A stretch of 64,000 nucleotides of DNA, taken from sequence record PP434429; one strand, given 5' to 3'. Of this stretch, positions 54,205 to 62,587 are shown piece after piece (position 1 is the first letter of the stretch; every line of letters begins with the position of its first letter). The notes below the pieces were generated by a model. It saw only the letters and a program-made list of their open reading frames with translations. It was not told the DNA's origin and searched no databases. A program made the translations under genes and the position numbers. Source of the stretch: Escherichia phage LH01.

Positions 54205-55206
54205 TTATTTCAGTAAAGTAACTTCCGAGATTTCTTCCCAACCATCTTTATCAGTTGAAATAAAATCTGCTACATAAAGAGCCGTACGTAATGATACATT
54301 GCGAAGACGAGATACGTTAGCCTTCATCCAGGACAATGCTTTATACGTTTCTGCATCCGTCAAGCCACGTTTCTGCATCATGTCAGTAGATAATATTACA
54401 TCTTCAACTCGAACCATAATCTCTTCATTAGAGTGTACTCCAAGGTCGAGATACACTGAACGAGATACTAAAGCTTGAAGGTGTGGAGCAAGTTTCGAAC
54501 CCCGTTCTAACTCTTTATCGATATCAACGTTTGTAATGAAAACGATAGTACCTTCAAACTCAAATTCTTTATCAATACCCTTATCCTCGAGATAAGATGA
54601 CGCAGTGCTCCAACAAACTTTGCGTTTATCTCCGGTATCTAATGCTGCTTTAAGAAGGTTCAGGATGTCCATATCTGAGAATACGTCAACGTCATCGATT
54701 AAGAGAACGCTGTCTGCATCACGGTTGAGCCAAAGTTGTTCGTAAAGGCCAATACCAGAGATTTTACCATTAATGCTTTTGTATTTGATGAAACCATTAT
54801 CATTAGCATTACTAAGTGCTTTATCCAGAGAATACGTCTTACCAATACCAGCTGCACCTGAAATAATGAGTGAACGAATTTTGCCATCGATAATGCCATT
54901 CGTCATCATGTTCATTACTTTAAAGCGTTTGTTGATACGAGTTTTCATATCTTCAGTGCTTTCAACAACTGCAACTGGTGACGTCTCAACTCCTTCCATT
55001 ACGATGTCTGATTTGAAGACCCATACTCCACGTTCAGAACCATCAATCATAACGAAAATTTTACCATCACCTAAGTGGGAACATTCAGGATTAAGCTTTG
55101 CCGGGAACCATGTCTTTGTGGCAACATAAGAACCAGAGATTTCGTTATTACGATAGATACCTTTTTTGATTTGAACGTTGAACATTTTATTCTCCAATTT
55201 ACTCAT
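54205..55206 (-). CDS. P-loop NTPase (AAA-like ATPase)
   Basis: 333-aa ORF; Walker A SGAAGIGKTYS and Walker B VLLIDDVD after an N-terminal domain of about 110 aa. Confidence 0.6.
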   Translation of the reverse strand: MSKLENKMFNVQIKKGIYRNNEISGSYVATKTWFPAKLNPECSHLGDGKIFVMIDGSERGVWVFKSDIVMEGVETSPVAVVESTEDMKTRINKRFKVMNMMTNGIIDGKIRSLIISGAAGIGKTYSLDKALSNANDNGFIKYKSINGKISGIGLYEQLWLNRDADSVLLIDDVDVFSDMDILNLLKAALDTGDKRKVCWSTASSYLEDKGIDKEFEFEGTIVFITNVDIDKELERGSKLAPHLQALVSRSVYLDLGVHSNEEIMVRVEDVILSTDMMQKRGLTDAETYKALSWMKANVSRLRNVSLRTALYVADFISTDKDGWEEISEVTLLK

Positions 55207-55223
55207 TTCGTTTCGATAGGTCT

Positions 55224-55251
55224 ATAGTATCATATCCTAAAAGCATGTACA
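55224..55251 (-). promoter_or_regulatory. early-type promoter (-35 TGTACA, -10 TACTAT)
   Basis: motif upstream of ATG 55206. Confidence 0.4.
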
Positions 55252-55282
55252 CTACTTTTTAAAAATATTTTGACCCCCTAAA

Positions 55283-55298
55283 GGGACCCGAAGGTCCC
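55283..55298 (-). terminator. GGGACC(UUCG)GGUCCC hairpin
   Basis: perfect 6-bp stem with UUCG loop just downstream of the 55304..55564 stop. Confidence 0.4.
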
Positions 55299-55303
55299 CA
55301 CAT

Positions 55304-55564
55304 TTACTTATCGCACTTAGCAACATAATTAGGCATATCACAGAATACGGAGCGTGTAACTACTCGACCCTTTGACCATGCTTCAGTTGCTTGTCCGGCA
55401 GTGCTATTAATATAGCTCGATTTGATATTCTCAATACCCTGAGAATGTGATGCATTTACCGAACCGTTGGAAGGCCCAGAAGACTGGTTACCACCAGCTC
55501 CTGTGGTAGCACCAACAGAGAATGCCATCATTACTGCGAATAAACCAATTGCTAATTTTTTCAT
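55304..55564 (-). CDS. small secreted protein
   Basis: 86-aa ORF; signal peptide MKKLAIGLFAVMMAFSVGA; two C-terminal Cys; late promoter upstream. Confidence 0.45.
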   Translation of the reverse strand: MKKLAIGLFAVMMAFSVGATTGAGGNQSSGPSNGSVNASHSQGIENIKSSYINSTAGQATEAWSKGRVVTRSVFCDMPNYVAKCDK

Positions 55565-55595
55565 ATTTACCTCAAGTTAAGGGTTATTTATCTAC

Positions 55596-56585
55596 TTATT
55601 TATAGTAAGAATTATGATTTTCGAGATAGACTTGCTCAAGGAAATCATCCCAGAAACTCATATCTACTTTTTGTTGCATACCATTCTTGGCAGCTTGTTC
55701 TGACGCATGTTCAACTTGGTCAACGATATCTTCTAGGAATTCTTGTACAGTTTTAAACGTATGTTTACCAAGCTTAACATCGAGAATAAATGGAGCATCC
55801 TGAAGTGGGTAAACCAGGTCGCCGGTTTTGTAAATTTCCAATAATTGAAGTCCACCACGACATGCATGACTCAATGCTTTCCAGTCAATACCTTCGTTAG
55901 CTTCTGCTTTACGAGCACGTTCACCATAGTTCTCTTCCAGTTTAACCAGGATAGCATTGAACTCTTTATTGGTTAACGTGTCTTGGAATTTACGGTCTAA
56001 CAGACTATAGAATGTTTGCTTACCTGTTTTCTCGTTTTCGGTTTCAACCCACGAAGCAAATTCACCTACAGGCAGAACATTCTTCATATGTGATAAACGA
56101 ATTACTGCACCATTATCAAAGTATTGTCCCCATTCATTAGAACGTTTAAGGGCTTGACGAAGAACAGCCAGTCGAGAACCCTTGACACCGTATTTAGAAG
56201 CTTGCTTACGGACATACCCTAAATAAGATTTCATGTTAGTGGTATAGAAACGAGACCTGTTATCTTGAATATACTTCCATACATCAGGCAAATCAGATTT
56301 AACTATTAGACTTGGTGGAGTGTGAAGCATATCTAATGCGACAGTTTCACCATCTGCAGCTAGTTTAAAGAAATATTTGAGACTATATAACTCATGGTCC
56401 ACATCGTCTTTTGTGTTCTTAGAAGATGTGTTATTCGTGTTCTTGCTCATATGTTCTTTAACGTTACCGGTCAAAATATCACGAGCATGAGGGACATAAA
56501 TTTCTTTAAAATCGACGTCAGATTCAGGAGTAGACGTTCCATAAAGGTGGCTACCAAAGTAGCTTTTCATAATTGTTTTCATCAT
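55596..56585 (-). CDS. Pol-beta-superfamily nucleotidyltransferase
   Basis: 329-aa ORF; N-terminal FGSHLYGTSTPESDVDF (GS ... D-x-D nucleotidyltransferase signature) followed by a helical domain. Confidence 0.6.
   Translation of the reverse strand: MMKTIMKSYFGSHLYGTSTPESDVDFKEIYVPHARDILTGNVKEHMSKNTNNTSSKNTKDDVDHELYSLKYFFKLAADGETVALDMLHTPPSLIVKSDLPDVWKYIQDNRSRFYTTNMKSYLGYVRKQASKYGVKGSRLAVLRQALKRSNEWGQYFDNGAVIRLSHMKNVLPVGEFASWVETENEKTGKQTFYSLLDRKFQDTLTNKEFNAILVKLEENYGERARKAEANEGIDWKALSHACRGGLQLLEIYKTGDLVYPLQDAPFILDVKLGKHTFKTVQEFLEDIVDQVEHASEQAAKNGMQQKVDMSFWDDFLEQVYLENHNSYYK
55597..55604 (-). promoter_or_regulatory. late promoter TATAAATA
   Basis: exact TATAAATA about 33 nt upstream of ATG 55564, within the 3' end of the nucleotidyltransferase gene. 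Confidence 0.4.
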
Positions 56586-57055
56586 TTAGCCTTATATTCA
56601 AGAGTAGGACAGACTTTTTCTTTACGAGCTTTAAGGTATTCACCTATTAATGATTTCTTACGTTCAATAGGCTCAAGTCCATTTTTAATTCGTTCTTGGT
56701 TTTGCGCAATGAGCTCAATTTCTTTATAATATTTTCTGTCGTTATATTTGTCTAACAACCAAGACGGACCAATTACTAACCCGGTAGCAATAAAAGCCAT
56801 GACTGCTACAATTAAAATGCCTACACCAATTGAGGCTGGAACTAATGTCCATAGACTGCTAAAAACAAAGAATTTAGTTAAAATTTCGTGGCCAAAGATT
56901 GTGACTGCTGCTAAAATCGCAAATCCAATAATTGAAACAGCCAATACCGGGATTAACGTTTTCCAAAAATAAGCACACAACGTTTTCGGACGATTCCATG
57001 TACTATTGAACGCGGCATAAATTTTAAAGTGCCAAGAGTTTTCATTGATAATCAT
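56582..57055 (-). CDS. membrane protein
   Basis: 157-aa ORF with several hydrophobic helices. Confidence 0.5.
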   Translation of the reverse strand: MIINENSWHFKIYAAFNSTWNRPKTLCAYFWKTLIPVLAVSIIGFAILAAVTIFGHEILTKFFVFSSLWTLVPASIGVGILIVAVMAFIATGLVIGPSWLLDKYNDRKYYKEIELIAQNQERIKNGLEPIERKKSLIGEYLKARKEKVCPTLEYKAK

Positions 57056-57064
57056 AATAATTCC

Positions 57065-57595
57065 TTATTTCAAAGTTGGGATAATAGAATCGAGATAAGC
57101 TTTAAGAGCAACTGCTTCATCTTTGTCTAATGTAACGATATGTTGACGAAGGTCATCAATTTGACGAATAACTACAACATCGCCATCTTCATAAGAAGGA
57201 TTAACGCCTAGGACTGTTGTATAGTCAGGGCGGTCCTGATTTGTAATAAAAGCATTACGGCATTTAGCCCATTGAAGTTTGGCCTTTTTGGCTATTTCAG
57301 ATTCCATTAATTCTTTCACCTTAGTGACGAATGTTTTCCAATTATTGATAGAAAGGCATTCATCTTCTGTTTCGATATTAACCCCACTATAAAGACCGTG
57401 ATAAAAACGAACTTGAAGGTCTTCATCGATGTTAATTACAGATGCATGGCCTGGCGGATTGAGTTTCAAAATCTTGTCCAGTTCCATAGGAAGAATAGTA
57501 ACAGAATCATCTTCTTGTGTCAGAACGTAAGCATAACCACGTTTTTCGATACATAAATCACCAAACAACTCGGTTGTTTCAATTACAATTTTCAT
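57065..57595 (-). CDS. hypothetical protein
   Basis: start at first ATG (MKIVIETTE); the track ORF begins at an upstream TTG. Confidence 0.5.
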   Translation of the reverse strand: MKIVIETTELFGDLCIEKRGYAYVLTQEDDSVTILPMELDKILKLNPPGHASVINIDEDLQVRFYHGLYSGVNIETEDECLSINNWKTFVTKVKELMESEIAKKAKLQWAKCRNAFITNQDRPDYTTVLGVNPSYEDGDVVVIRQIDDLRQHIVTLDKDEAVALKAYLDSIIPTLK

Positions 57596-57596
57596 A

Positions 57597-57776
57597 TTAT
57601 TCACCAATTAAAGTTTCAACAAAATTCACCAAAGCATTCTGGCACGCATCAACCTGATTTTCATAAAAGTCTCCGTTATCATTTACCGCGTGATAAGCTA
57701 CATCATTCAAATCTGAATCGGCTTCACGTAGGTCACGGATAAGGTCCATCAATTTATTAGCTTGTTCACGGGTCAT
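57597..57776 (-). CDS. hypothetical small protein (MTR paralog, copy 1)
   Basis: about 59 aa, below the track threshold (MTREQANKLMDLIRDL...); ATG overlaps the stop of an upstream mini-ORF. Confidence 0.3.
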   Translation of the reverse strand: MTREQANKLMDLIRDLREADSDLNDVAYHAVNDNGDFYENQVDACQNALVNFVETLIGE

Positions 57777-57911
57777 TTTACCATACTCGTTTCAATAAGA
57801 TTCACTATGCCGTTTACCATGTTATAAGTAAACATCGGATAATTGTATTGTACTACAACATAAGCGATAAGCAAAAGTTTCATTTTGTTCTCCGTTTGTT
57901 TTGGTAGGACT

Positions 57912-57941
57912 ACTATAACATAGTCCTACCAAGATGTAAAC
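57912..57941 (-). promoter_or_regulatory. early-type promoter (-35 GTTTAC, -10 TATAGT)
   Basis: motif upstream of the small ORFs at 57600-57885. Confidence 0.35.
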
Positions 57942-58147
57942 TACCGATTGTGTTTTAAATGTTGATAAAGTTCTTCAACTTGTTTTGGGTCTAAAACAAT
58001 TAGGTCATTTTCTTGACGAAGATAAATCCATCCCTTATCCCCAGGACCATTTTTACAAAACATTGCCACCATATCATCATCTTCAGCGCTTTCAGGTAAA
58101 AGTTCAACCACACCGTCTTCAGATTTTCCGGTATAATCGTAAAGCAT
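57941..58147 (-). CDS. hypothetical small protein
   Basis: track ORF trimmed to internal ATG (MLYDYTGK). Confidence 0.35.
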   Translation of the reverse strand: MLYDYTGKSEDGVVELLPESAEDDDMVAMFCKNGPGDKGWIYLRQENDLIVLDPKQVEELYQHLKHNR

Positions 58148-58154
58148 AATATCC

Positions 58155-58334
58155 TCACATAATCTCGTTAACATACATTTGCAATTCAGTGTGGGCGTCG
58201 GCCATCTTTTTCATAGCTCTGTTAATGTCGATGTCTCCATCTTCGCACCCGTGAGCATTTTCCCAATCAGATACCGCATTAGCATACTCTTCAATCAAAA
58301 ACATCAACTTAGAAATCTTTTCTTTACGTGTCAT
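58155..58334 (-). CDS. hypothetical small protein (MTR paralog, copy 2)
   Basis: about 59 aa, below the track threshold (MTRKEKISKLMFLIEEY...); N-terminus similar to 57597..57776. Confidence 0.3.
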   Translation of the reverse strand: MTRKEKISKLMFLIEEYANAVSDWENAHGCEDGDIDINRAMKKMADAHTELQMYVNEIM

Positions 58335-58361
58335 AGCGTTCTCCTATAGTAAGTAAGGACT

Positions 58362-58390
58362 ACTATAACACAACCTGAGGAGAAGTAAAC
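58362..58390 (-). promoter_or_regulatory. early-type promoter (-35 GTTTAC, -10 TATAGT)
   Basis: GTTTAC, 17 nt, TATAGT about 28 nt upstream of ATG 58334. Confidence 0.4.
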
Positions 58391-58401
58391 TGATAGATGC
58401 C

Positions 58402-58428
58402 AAAAAGCCCCAACCATAAGGAAGGGGC
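58402..58428 (-). terminator. intrinsic terminator (GCCCC stem, 12-nt loop, U-tract)
   Basis: GCCCC/GGGGC inverted repeat followed on the transcript by UUUUUGG, just downstream of the 58436..58738 stop. Confidence 0.5.
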
Positions 58429-58435
58429 TAGTAAA

Positions 58436-58738
58436 TTAGATAGATGTAGGCTCTAATTTTATTTTCATGAACTCAGCAAATTGTCTGGCAGTTTTTATGC
58501 CTTGTTCATGACATTCAAATGCATCATCACAGGGGCTATTTTTGTAATGCTTTGCCATATACTTATAGAATTTTTCAGAATTCTCGACATTTTGAATTTC
58601 AAACAAAGTATATACGTTTTTAATCCCTGATTCCATAAAGTTATCAAAATATGGGTCAATATGTGCAGTACCAACGATAGGAGTTGTTGCTGCAAAAAAC
58701 CCCAGCATCGCCATGACAGCTATCGCTCTTAAGGCCAT
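58436..58738 (-). CDS. periplasmic protein with signal-anchor, rI-like by size and position
   Basis: 100-aa ORF; N-terminal hydrophobic segment MALRAIAVMAMLGFFAATTPIVG; lies next to tk, as T4 rI does. Confidence 0.45.
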   Translation of the reverse strand: MALRAIAVMAMLGFFAATTPIVGTAHIDPYFDNFMESGIKNVYTLFEIQNVENSEKFYKYMAKHYKNSPCDDAFECHEQGIKTARQFAEFMKIKLEPTSI

Positions 58739-58750
58739 ATAGGCCTCCTG

Positions 58751-58963
58751 TTAATTTTGGCCAGTATTTATTTTTCGCCTTTGGACGGCCTTAACATCTG
58801 CGAGGTATTTTTCCAGCTTGCGCTTGCGTGTATAATCAGCTTTAGAACCAGTTTGACGGATATCCTCGTTTAAATGAGAAATAGAATGTCCTAATTCTCT
58901 TCGGATTTCATCCAATTGGGTTACAGTAAGATTACGAAGTTGTCTTTCGTTTAATTGCTGCAT
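58751..58963 (-). CDS. hypothetical small basic protein
   Basis: 70-aa ORF from the track. Confidence 0.4.
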   Translation of the reverse strand: MQQLNERQLRNLTVTQLDEIRRELGHSISHLNEDIRQTGSKADYTRKRKLEKYLADVKAVQRRKINTGQN

Positions 58964-58990
58964 ATATACCTCTTGGTTAGATATTAGTAT

Positions 58991-59572
58991 TTATAACAAC
59001 CCTGTCAAATCATTCCAATGCTTCCGGCATAATGACACATATCTATCGGTATCACCAATTTCAATTTGACTGCCATCTGTAATTGGAAGTCCGTCTTCCG
59101 TGACTCTAGCTACCATTGTGGCCTTTTTACCGCAATGACAGACACCTTTAAGTTCAACAAGCTTATCGGCAATAGCCATTAATGCTTGAGAACCTTCAAA
59201 TAGATTACCTTTAAAATCTGTTCGTAGTCCATATGCCATTACCGGCACATTGTATACGTCAACAATACGACTAAGTTGATACACCTTTTCAGTAGTTAAG
59301 AACTGAGCTTCGTCAACAAATACACAGTGAATATCCTTTTGTGCTGCAGCCCATTTATAGAATTCAAAGATATCCATGTCTTTTGTAATTATATTGGCAT
59401 CCTGACGAATACCAATACGAGAGACTATTTCACCTTTTGAATCACGAGTATCAATAGCCGGTTTAAGAACTAATACACCCATGCCACGTTCTTTATAGTT
59501 ATGTGCGGCAGTAAGTAATGAAGCAGACTTACCAGCGTTCATAGCGGCATATGTAAAAATTAAACTAGCCAT
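58991..59572 (-). CDS. tk: thymidine kinase
   Basis: 193-aa ORF; P-loop AMNAGKS, VDEAQF, C-terminal zinc site CHCGKKA. Confidence 0.9.
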   Translation of the reverse strand: MASLIFTYAAMNAGKSASLLTAAHNYKERGMGVLVLKPAIDTRDSKGEIVSRIGIRQDANIITKDMDIFEFYKWAAAQKDIHCVFVDEAQFLTTEKVYQLSRIVDVYNVPVMAYGLRTDFKGNLFEGSQALMAIADKLVELKGVCHCGKKATMVARVTEDGLPITDGSQIEIGDTDRYVSLCRKHWNDLTGLL

Positions 59573-59581
59573 AAGAGTCCC

Positions 59582-59764
59582 TTATAGTGAATTCACGTAG
59601 TCAATGAGTTCTTGTTCTTTCCTGTCAAATGATTCCAACAATGCTTGATATTCTTCATCTGTTAAAGGAGCATATTCATCGTACGCATTGGTGGCTGCTT
59701 GCTCATCCAATAGGTCATGGATAAGTTCGAACAGTTTAGTTTTCTCTTCTTTAGTCAATTTCAT
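59582..59764 (-). CDS. hypothetical small acidic protein
   Basis: 60-aa ORF from the track. Confidence 0.4.
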   Translation of the reverse strand: MKLTKEEKTKLFELIHDLLDEQAATNAYDEYAPLTDEEYQALLESFDRKEQELIDYVNSL

Positions 59765-59988
59765 TTAGGTTCACCTTCTTTAACGAAATCTGGGTAAGGG
59801 TAAAATCCTGAGTAAAACCCTTCACCTTTATGATTGCTACAACCTTTGTTCGAACAGTAACACCAATAATCAAAATCACAGGCCATTTCGTCATTGCATA
59901 GAGCAAAAACTACAGGCCATTCGCATTTTTCGCATTTAGCACCTGTAAGAATTTTTGTTTGACTCATAACCACGTCACCTGCATGCAA
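59761..59988 (-). CDS. Cys-rich small protein
   Basis: 75-aa ORF with multiple Cys pairs (CEKCEW...CYCSNKGC). Confidence 0.4.
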   Translation of the reverse strand: MHAGDVVMSQTKILTGAKCEKCEWPVVFALCNDEMACDFDYWCYCSNKGCSNHKGEGFYSGFYPYPDFVKEGEPK

Positions 59989-60191
59989 TATTCTTCGACA
60001 TGCTTTTTACGACCTTTCTTATCGATAAAGGTGTATTCCATAAAGCGTCCATGATAACGACGTTCAACATCGTGAGGGGTGTTAATAGGACACTTAGTCT
60101 GACGAATTTCTTCCCATTCACGAATAATAACTGCTTTATTCTTTGGGTCATATGGGTGCGGATAGTGTACATTCATAACAATGGTTCCCAA
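59964..60191 (-). CDS. hypothetical small protein
   Basis: 75-aa ORF from the track; start uncertain. Confidence 0.35.
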   Translation of the reverse strand: MGTIVMNVHYPHPYDPKNKAVIIREWEEIRQTKCPINTPHDVERRYHGRFMEYTFIDKKGRKKHVEEYCMQVTWL

Positions 60192-60640
60192 TCAACAATC
60201 ACAATTTCTAGTTTAGTGGAATACGTATCCAGAATCTCTTCGATAATATCCCAGTTTCCACCGCCTATACCTGCACCAATTCTTGGCATGTAAATCACAG
60301 GCTTTGTTATCTTATTCTTTCCGAATTCATTTAATTCTATTATACAATTCATTAAAGCAGAGTACTCAAAATTAGGTCCCGGCTCAAACTGCGTATAAAG
60401 ATTAAAGCAATAAGCTTTATGGGTCTTAAAATATTTTTCATAAACCGAATAAGTCCCGAGTTTAGACTCGTCTCCGAATTCGGTTTGAAGTTTATCGGCT
60501 TCCAGAATTTTTGGATAAGCCTTTGCTAATTGTCCTGCCACACCGGCGCCCATTGTATGAAAACAATTACACCCATGAGCAATATTATTACCTTTAGAAA
60601 ACAGGGCGACAATATCGCCCTTGATATAGTTTTTAATCAC
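60173..60640 (-). CDS. macro-domain protein (ADP-ribose binding/processing)
   Basis: N-terminal NNIAHGCNCFHTMGAGVAGQL and C-terminal PRIGAGIGGG match the two macro-domain glycine-rich motifs; no ATG start, so GTG at 60640 or TTG at 60670. Confidence 0.6.
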   Translation of the reverse strand: MIKNYIKGDIVALFSKGNNIAHGCNCFHTMGAGVAGQLAKAYPKILEADKLQTEFGDESKLGTYSVYEKYFKTHKAYCFNLYTQFEPGPNFEYSALMNCIIELNEFGKNKITKPVIYMPRIGAGIGGGNWDIIEEILDTYSTKLEIVIVDWEPLL

Positions 60641-60980
60641 TTGCTGCAAGTCCTCTAGTATAAGAGTCAACTAGGCGGTCCACCATAGAATTGCATGCTG
60701 CCTTATCTTTAGGTTCCGCCACCGAGCATTCTAATATTTGCCATTTTTTATAGTATCTTTTAATTAAGGTAGACGCCTTGAACCTACTAGACGCCCCATC
60801 TTTTTCTCCGTCTTTATACGCATATAACAATTTTTGTGAAAAATCTACTTTACACTCTTGACTTTTACCACAATAATCAGACGCCGTTCTGTTTGTATAC
60901 TCCGTTACATCAGTATATGTAGTATTAGCAAGAGCGTTAAATGAAACCAAGCCAACTATTAAAGCTAACATTTTGGTCAT
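60633..60980 (-). CDS. secreted protein
   Basis: 115-aa ORF; signal peptide MTKMLALIVGLVSFNALA; four Cys; ATG overlaps the upstream stop. Confidence 0.45.
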   Translation of the reverse strand: MTKMLALIVGLVSFNALANTTYTDVTEYTNRTASDYCGKSQECKVDFSQKLLYAYKDGEKDGASSRFKASTLIKRYYKKWQILECSVAEPKDKAACNSMVDRLVDSYTRGLAASD

Positions 60981-61519
60981 TCTTTTATTTCCAGTAGTTT
61001 ATTTGATTTAAGGTAATTAGCCTTTTCTAGGACTTCAGAAGCATATTTACTTCCAGCACCTGTCTTCCATCCCGCATTATATGAGGATACAGCTTTTCTT
61101 ATATCCCCGTTATGTATATTTAACCAATAAGAAAATTCGATATAAGCCCATCTGGCTGAATTAGACCGCTTAGATAGCATTTTCTTAATTTGGGCATCAG
61201 TCATATTATAACCAAGCTGGTTAATTCTTGCCCTCATTGTCGGTAGATAATTTTGGAACATTCCATACGCATGGTGACCTTTCTTATCTTTAAGATTAAT
61301 ACCGGCAGATGATTCCTGCCATAGTATTGCGGCCATTATGTATCCAAGTCCTTTCTTATGCATATTTTCATGCGTTTTAAATTTTCCATCCTTAGAAAAC
61401 TGTTCCCCAAACTGATAAGCATAATTCAAGTTATCGAGTTGGACATTACTAAAAGTATGCTCGGAGCTATGTGCTGATAACGAAAGAGCAAATAGACCAG
61501 CGAGTAGTGCTTTTCTCAT
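60977..61519 (-). CDS. secreted lytic-transglycosylase-like protein (SLT/lysozyme fold)
   Basis: 180-aa ORF; signal peptide MRKALLAGLFALSLSAHS; ILWQESS...YGMFQ resembles the SLT catalytic Glu-Ser and GLMQ motifs. Confidence 0.5.
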   Translation of the reverse strand: MRKALLAGLFALSLSAHSSEHTFSNVQLDNLNYAYQFGEQFSKDGKFKTHENMHKKGLGYIMAAILWQESSAGINLKDKKGHHAYGMFQNYLPTMRARINQLGYNMTDAQIKKMLSKRSNSARWAYIEFSYWLNIHNGDIRKAVSSYNAGWKTGAGSKYASEVLEKANYLKSNKLLEIKE

Positions 61520-61527
61520 GTTTACCT

Positions 61528-61986
61528 CTAGATTTTAATCACTGCTTTAGAAGCTTTTCCTGGTAGCCGTTTACTGTTAATAATAGCCATTCTGCATTGA
61601 AGAGTCTTCATTTTGAATGCTGGATTTTCGCGACAAACTGTAAGTCCTAACCAAAGATTTCCATCAGTTATTTCTAAACGGCCTGGGCGATATTCGACAC
61701 CTTCGACAAAATCTTCATCAACATCTGGACGTGCCGGCATTGATAAAAATTCTGCAACTTCTTTAACATGATTTTTTACTTTATGAAATAATTCAAAAAC
61801 GTAATTCTCATCTATTTCTCTCTGGATGGCACGATCTAAGAGATGTTGAGAATACTTGATATGAAAGCCTGGTAGTCCAAGAGACTTTGCAGCATCTTTT
61901 ATACCGGCATTTATTTTGCGGAACTCCGTTTCAAAGATTCGACGGAGTTTATTACGGCGGATAAAAACTTCCGAATTGATAGTCAT
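61528..61986 (-). CDS. hypothetical protein at the regB (endoribonuclease) position
   Basis: 152 aa from ATG for MTINSEVFIRRNKLRR; size and location fit T4 RegB; GAGGAG RBS and early promoter upstream. Confidence 0.5.
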   Translation of the reverse strand: MTINSEVFIRRNKLRRIFETEFRKINAGIKDAAKSLGLPGFHIKYSQHLLDRAIQREIDENYVFELFHKVKNHVKEVAEFLSMPARPDVDEDFVEGVEYRPGRLEITDGNLWLGLTVCRENPAFKMKTLQCRMAIINSKRLPGKASKAVIKI

Positions 61987-62014
61987 TTTGATTTCTCCTC
62001 TAGTTGACAAGTCT

Positions 62015-62043
62015 ATAGTAACACAACTAGAGGAGAAGTAAAC
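62015..62043 (-). promoter_or_regulatory. early-type promoter (-35 GTTTAC, -10 TACTAT)
   Basis: GTTTAC, 17 nt, TACTAT about 29 nt upstream of ATG 61986. Confidence 0.45.
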
Positions 62044-62342
62044 TACTCTTTGAAAGGAATTAACTTTTTAACTGCTTTAGATACTTCGTCACGAACCTGA
62101 TGGAAGTTCTTGAGCTGTTCAAGGCGTTGTTCGTAATACGCAATCTCATCTTCTTCAAGACAATCGTCAGCGTCTTCTTTCAGATATGCCTTGTACTCAT
62201 TAAAGAGGACCCATAGGCGGTTCTCAAAGTCATCAAGGCTTTGAATTTTCTTGTGCTTCGGAACAAGGCCAAAAGGATTGCTTTCAGTTATGCGTCTAGA
62301 CGCTTCATAATGAGTTCCAAAGCCTGATAGGATTTGAGCCAT
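62043..62342 (-). CDS. hypothetical protein
   Basis: 99 aa from ATG for MAQILSG; ATG overlaps the upstream stop (TAATG). Confidence 0.45.
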   Translation of the reverse strand: MAQILSGFGTHYEASRRITESNPFGLVPKHKKIQSLDDFENRLWVLFNEYKAYLKEDADDCLEEDEIAYYEQRLEQLKNFHQVRDEVSKAVKKLIPFKE

Positions 62343-62587
62343 TAGTATTTTTCCTCTGGTTGAAATACCGCACGACAAGCCCACATACTAGCTTCCTTTA
62401 GGCGTTCTTTAGCACAGTTCAATTGGGACAAAGCTGTCAAAGCTTCAGGAGTATTCGCAGACAACGCTTCTTCCGCCAAGGCATCGAAAATAAGCCCTAA
62501 TCGAACTTCTGCATCTTTAATAGCGTTCACTTTACCGATTTTATCATCGGTATGCGGCTTGTAGCCTTTGATGTCTTCAATCGACAT
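62342..62587 (-). CDS. hypothetical small protein
   Basis: track ORF trimmed to internal ATG (MSIEDIKG); overlaps a neighbour, weak. Confidence 0.3.
   Translation of the reverse strand: MSIEDIKGYKPHTDDKIGKVNAIKDAEVRLGLIFDALAEEALSANTPEALTALSQLNCAKERLKEASMWACRAVFQPEEKY

Noticed and set aside
59975-60172. 65-aa ORF in an alternate frame of 59964..60191
   Set aside because: Same strand, overlapping frame; no independent RBS.
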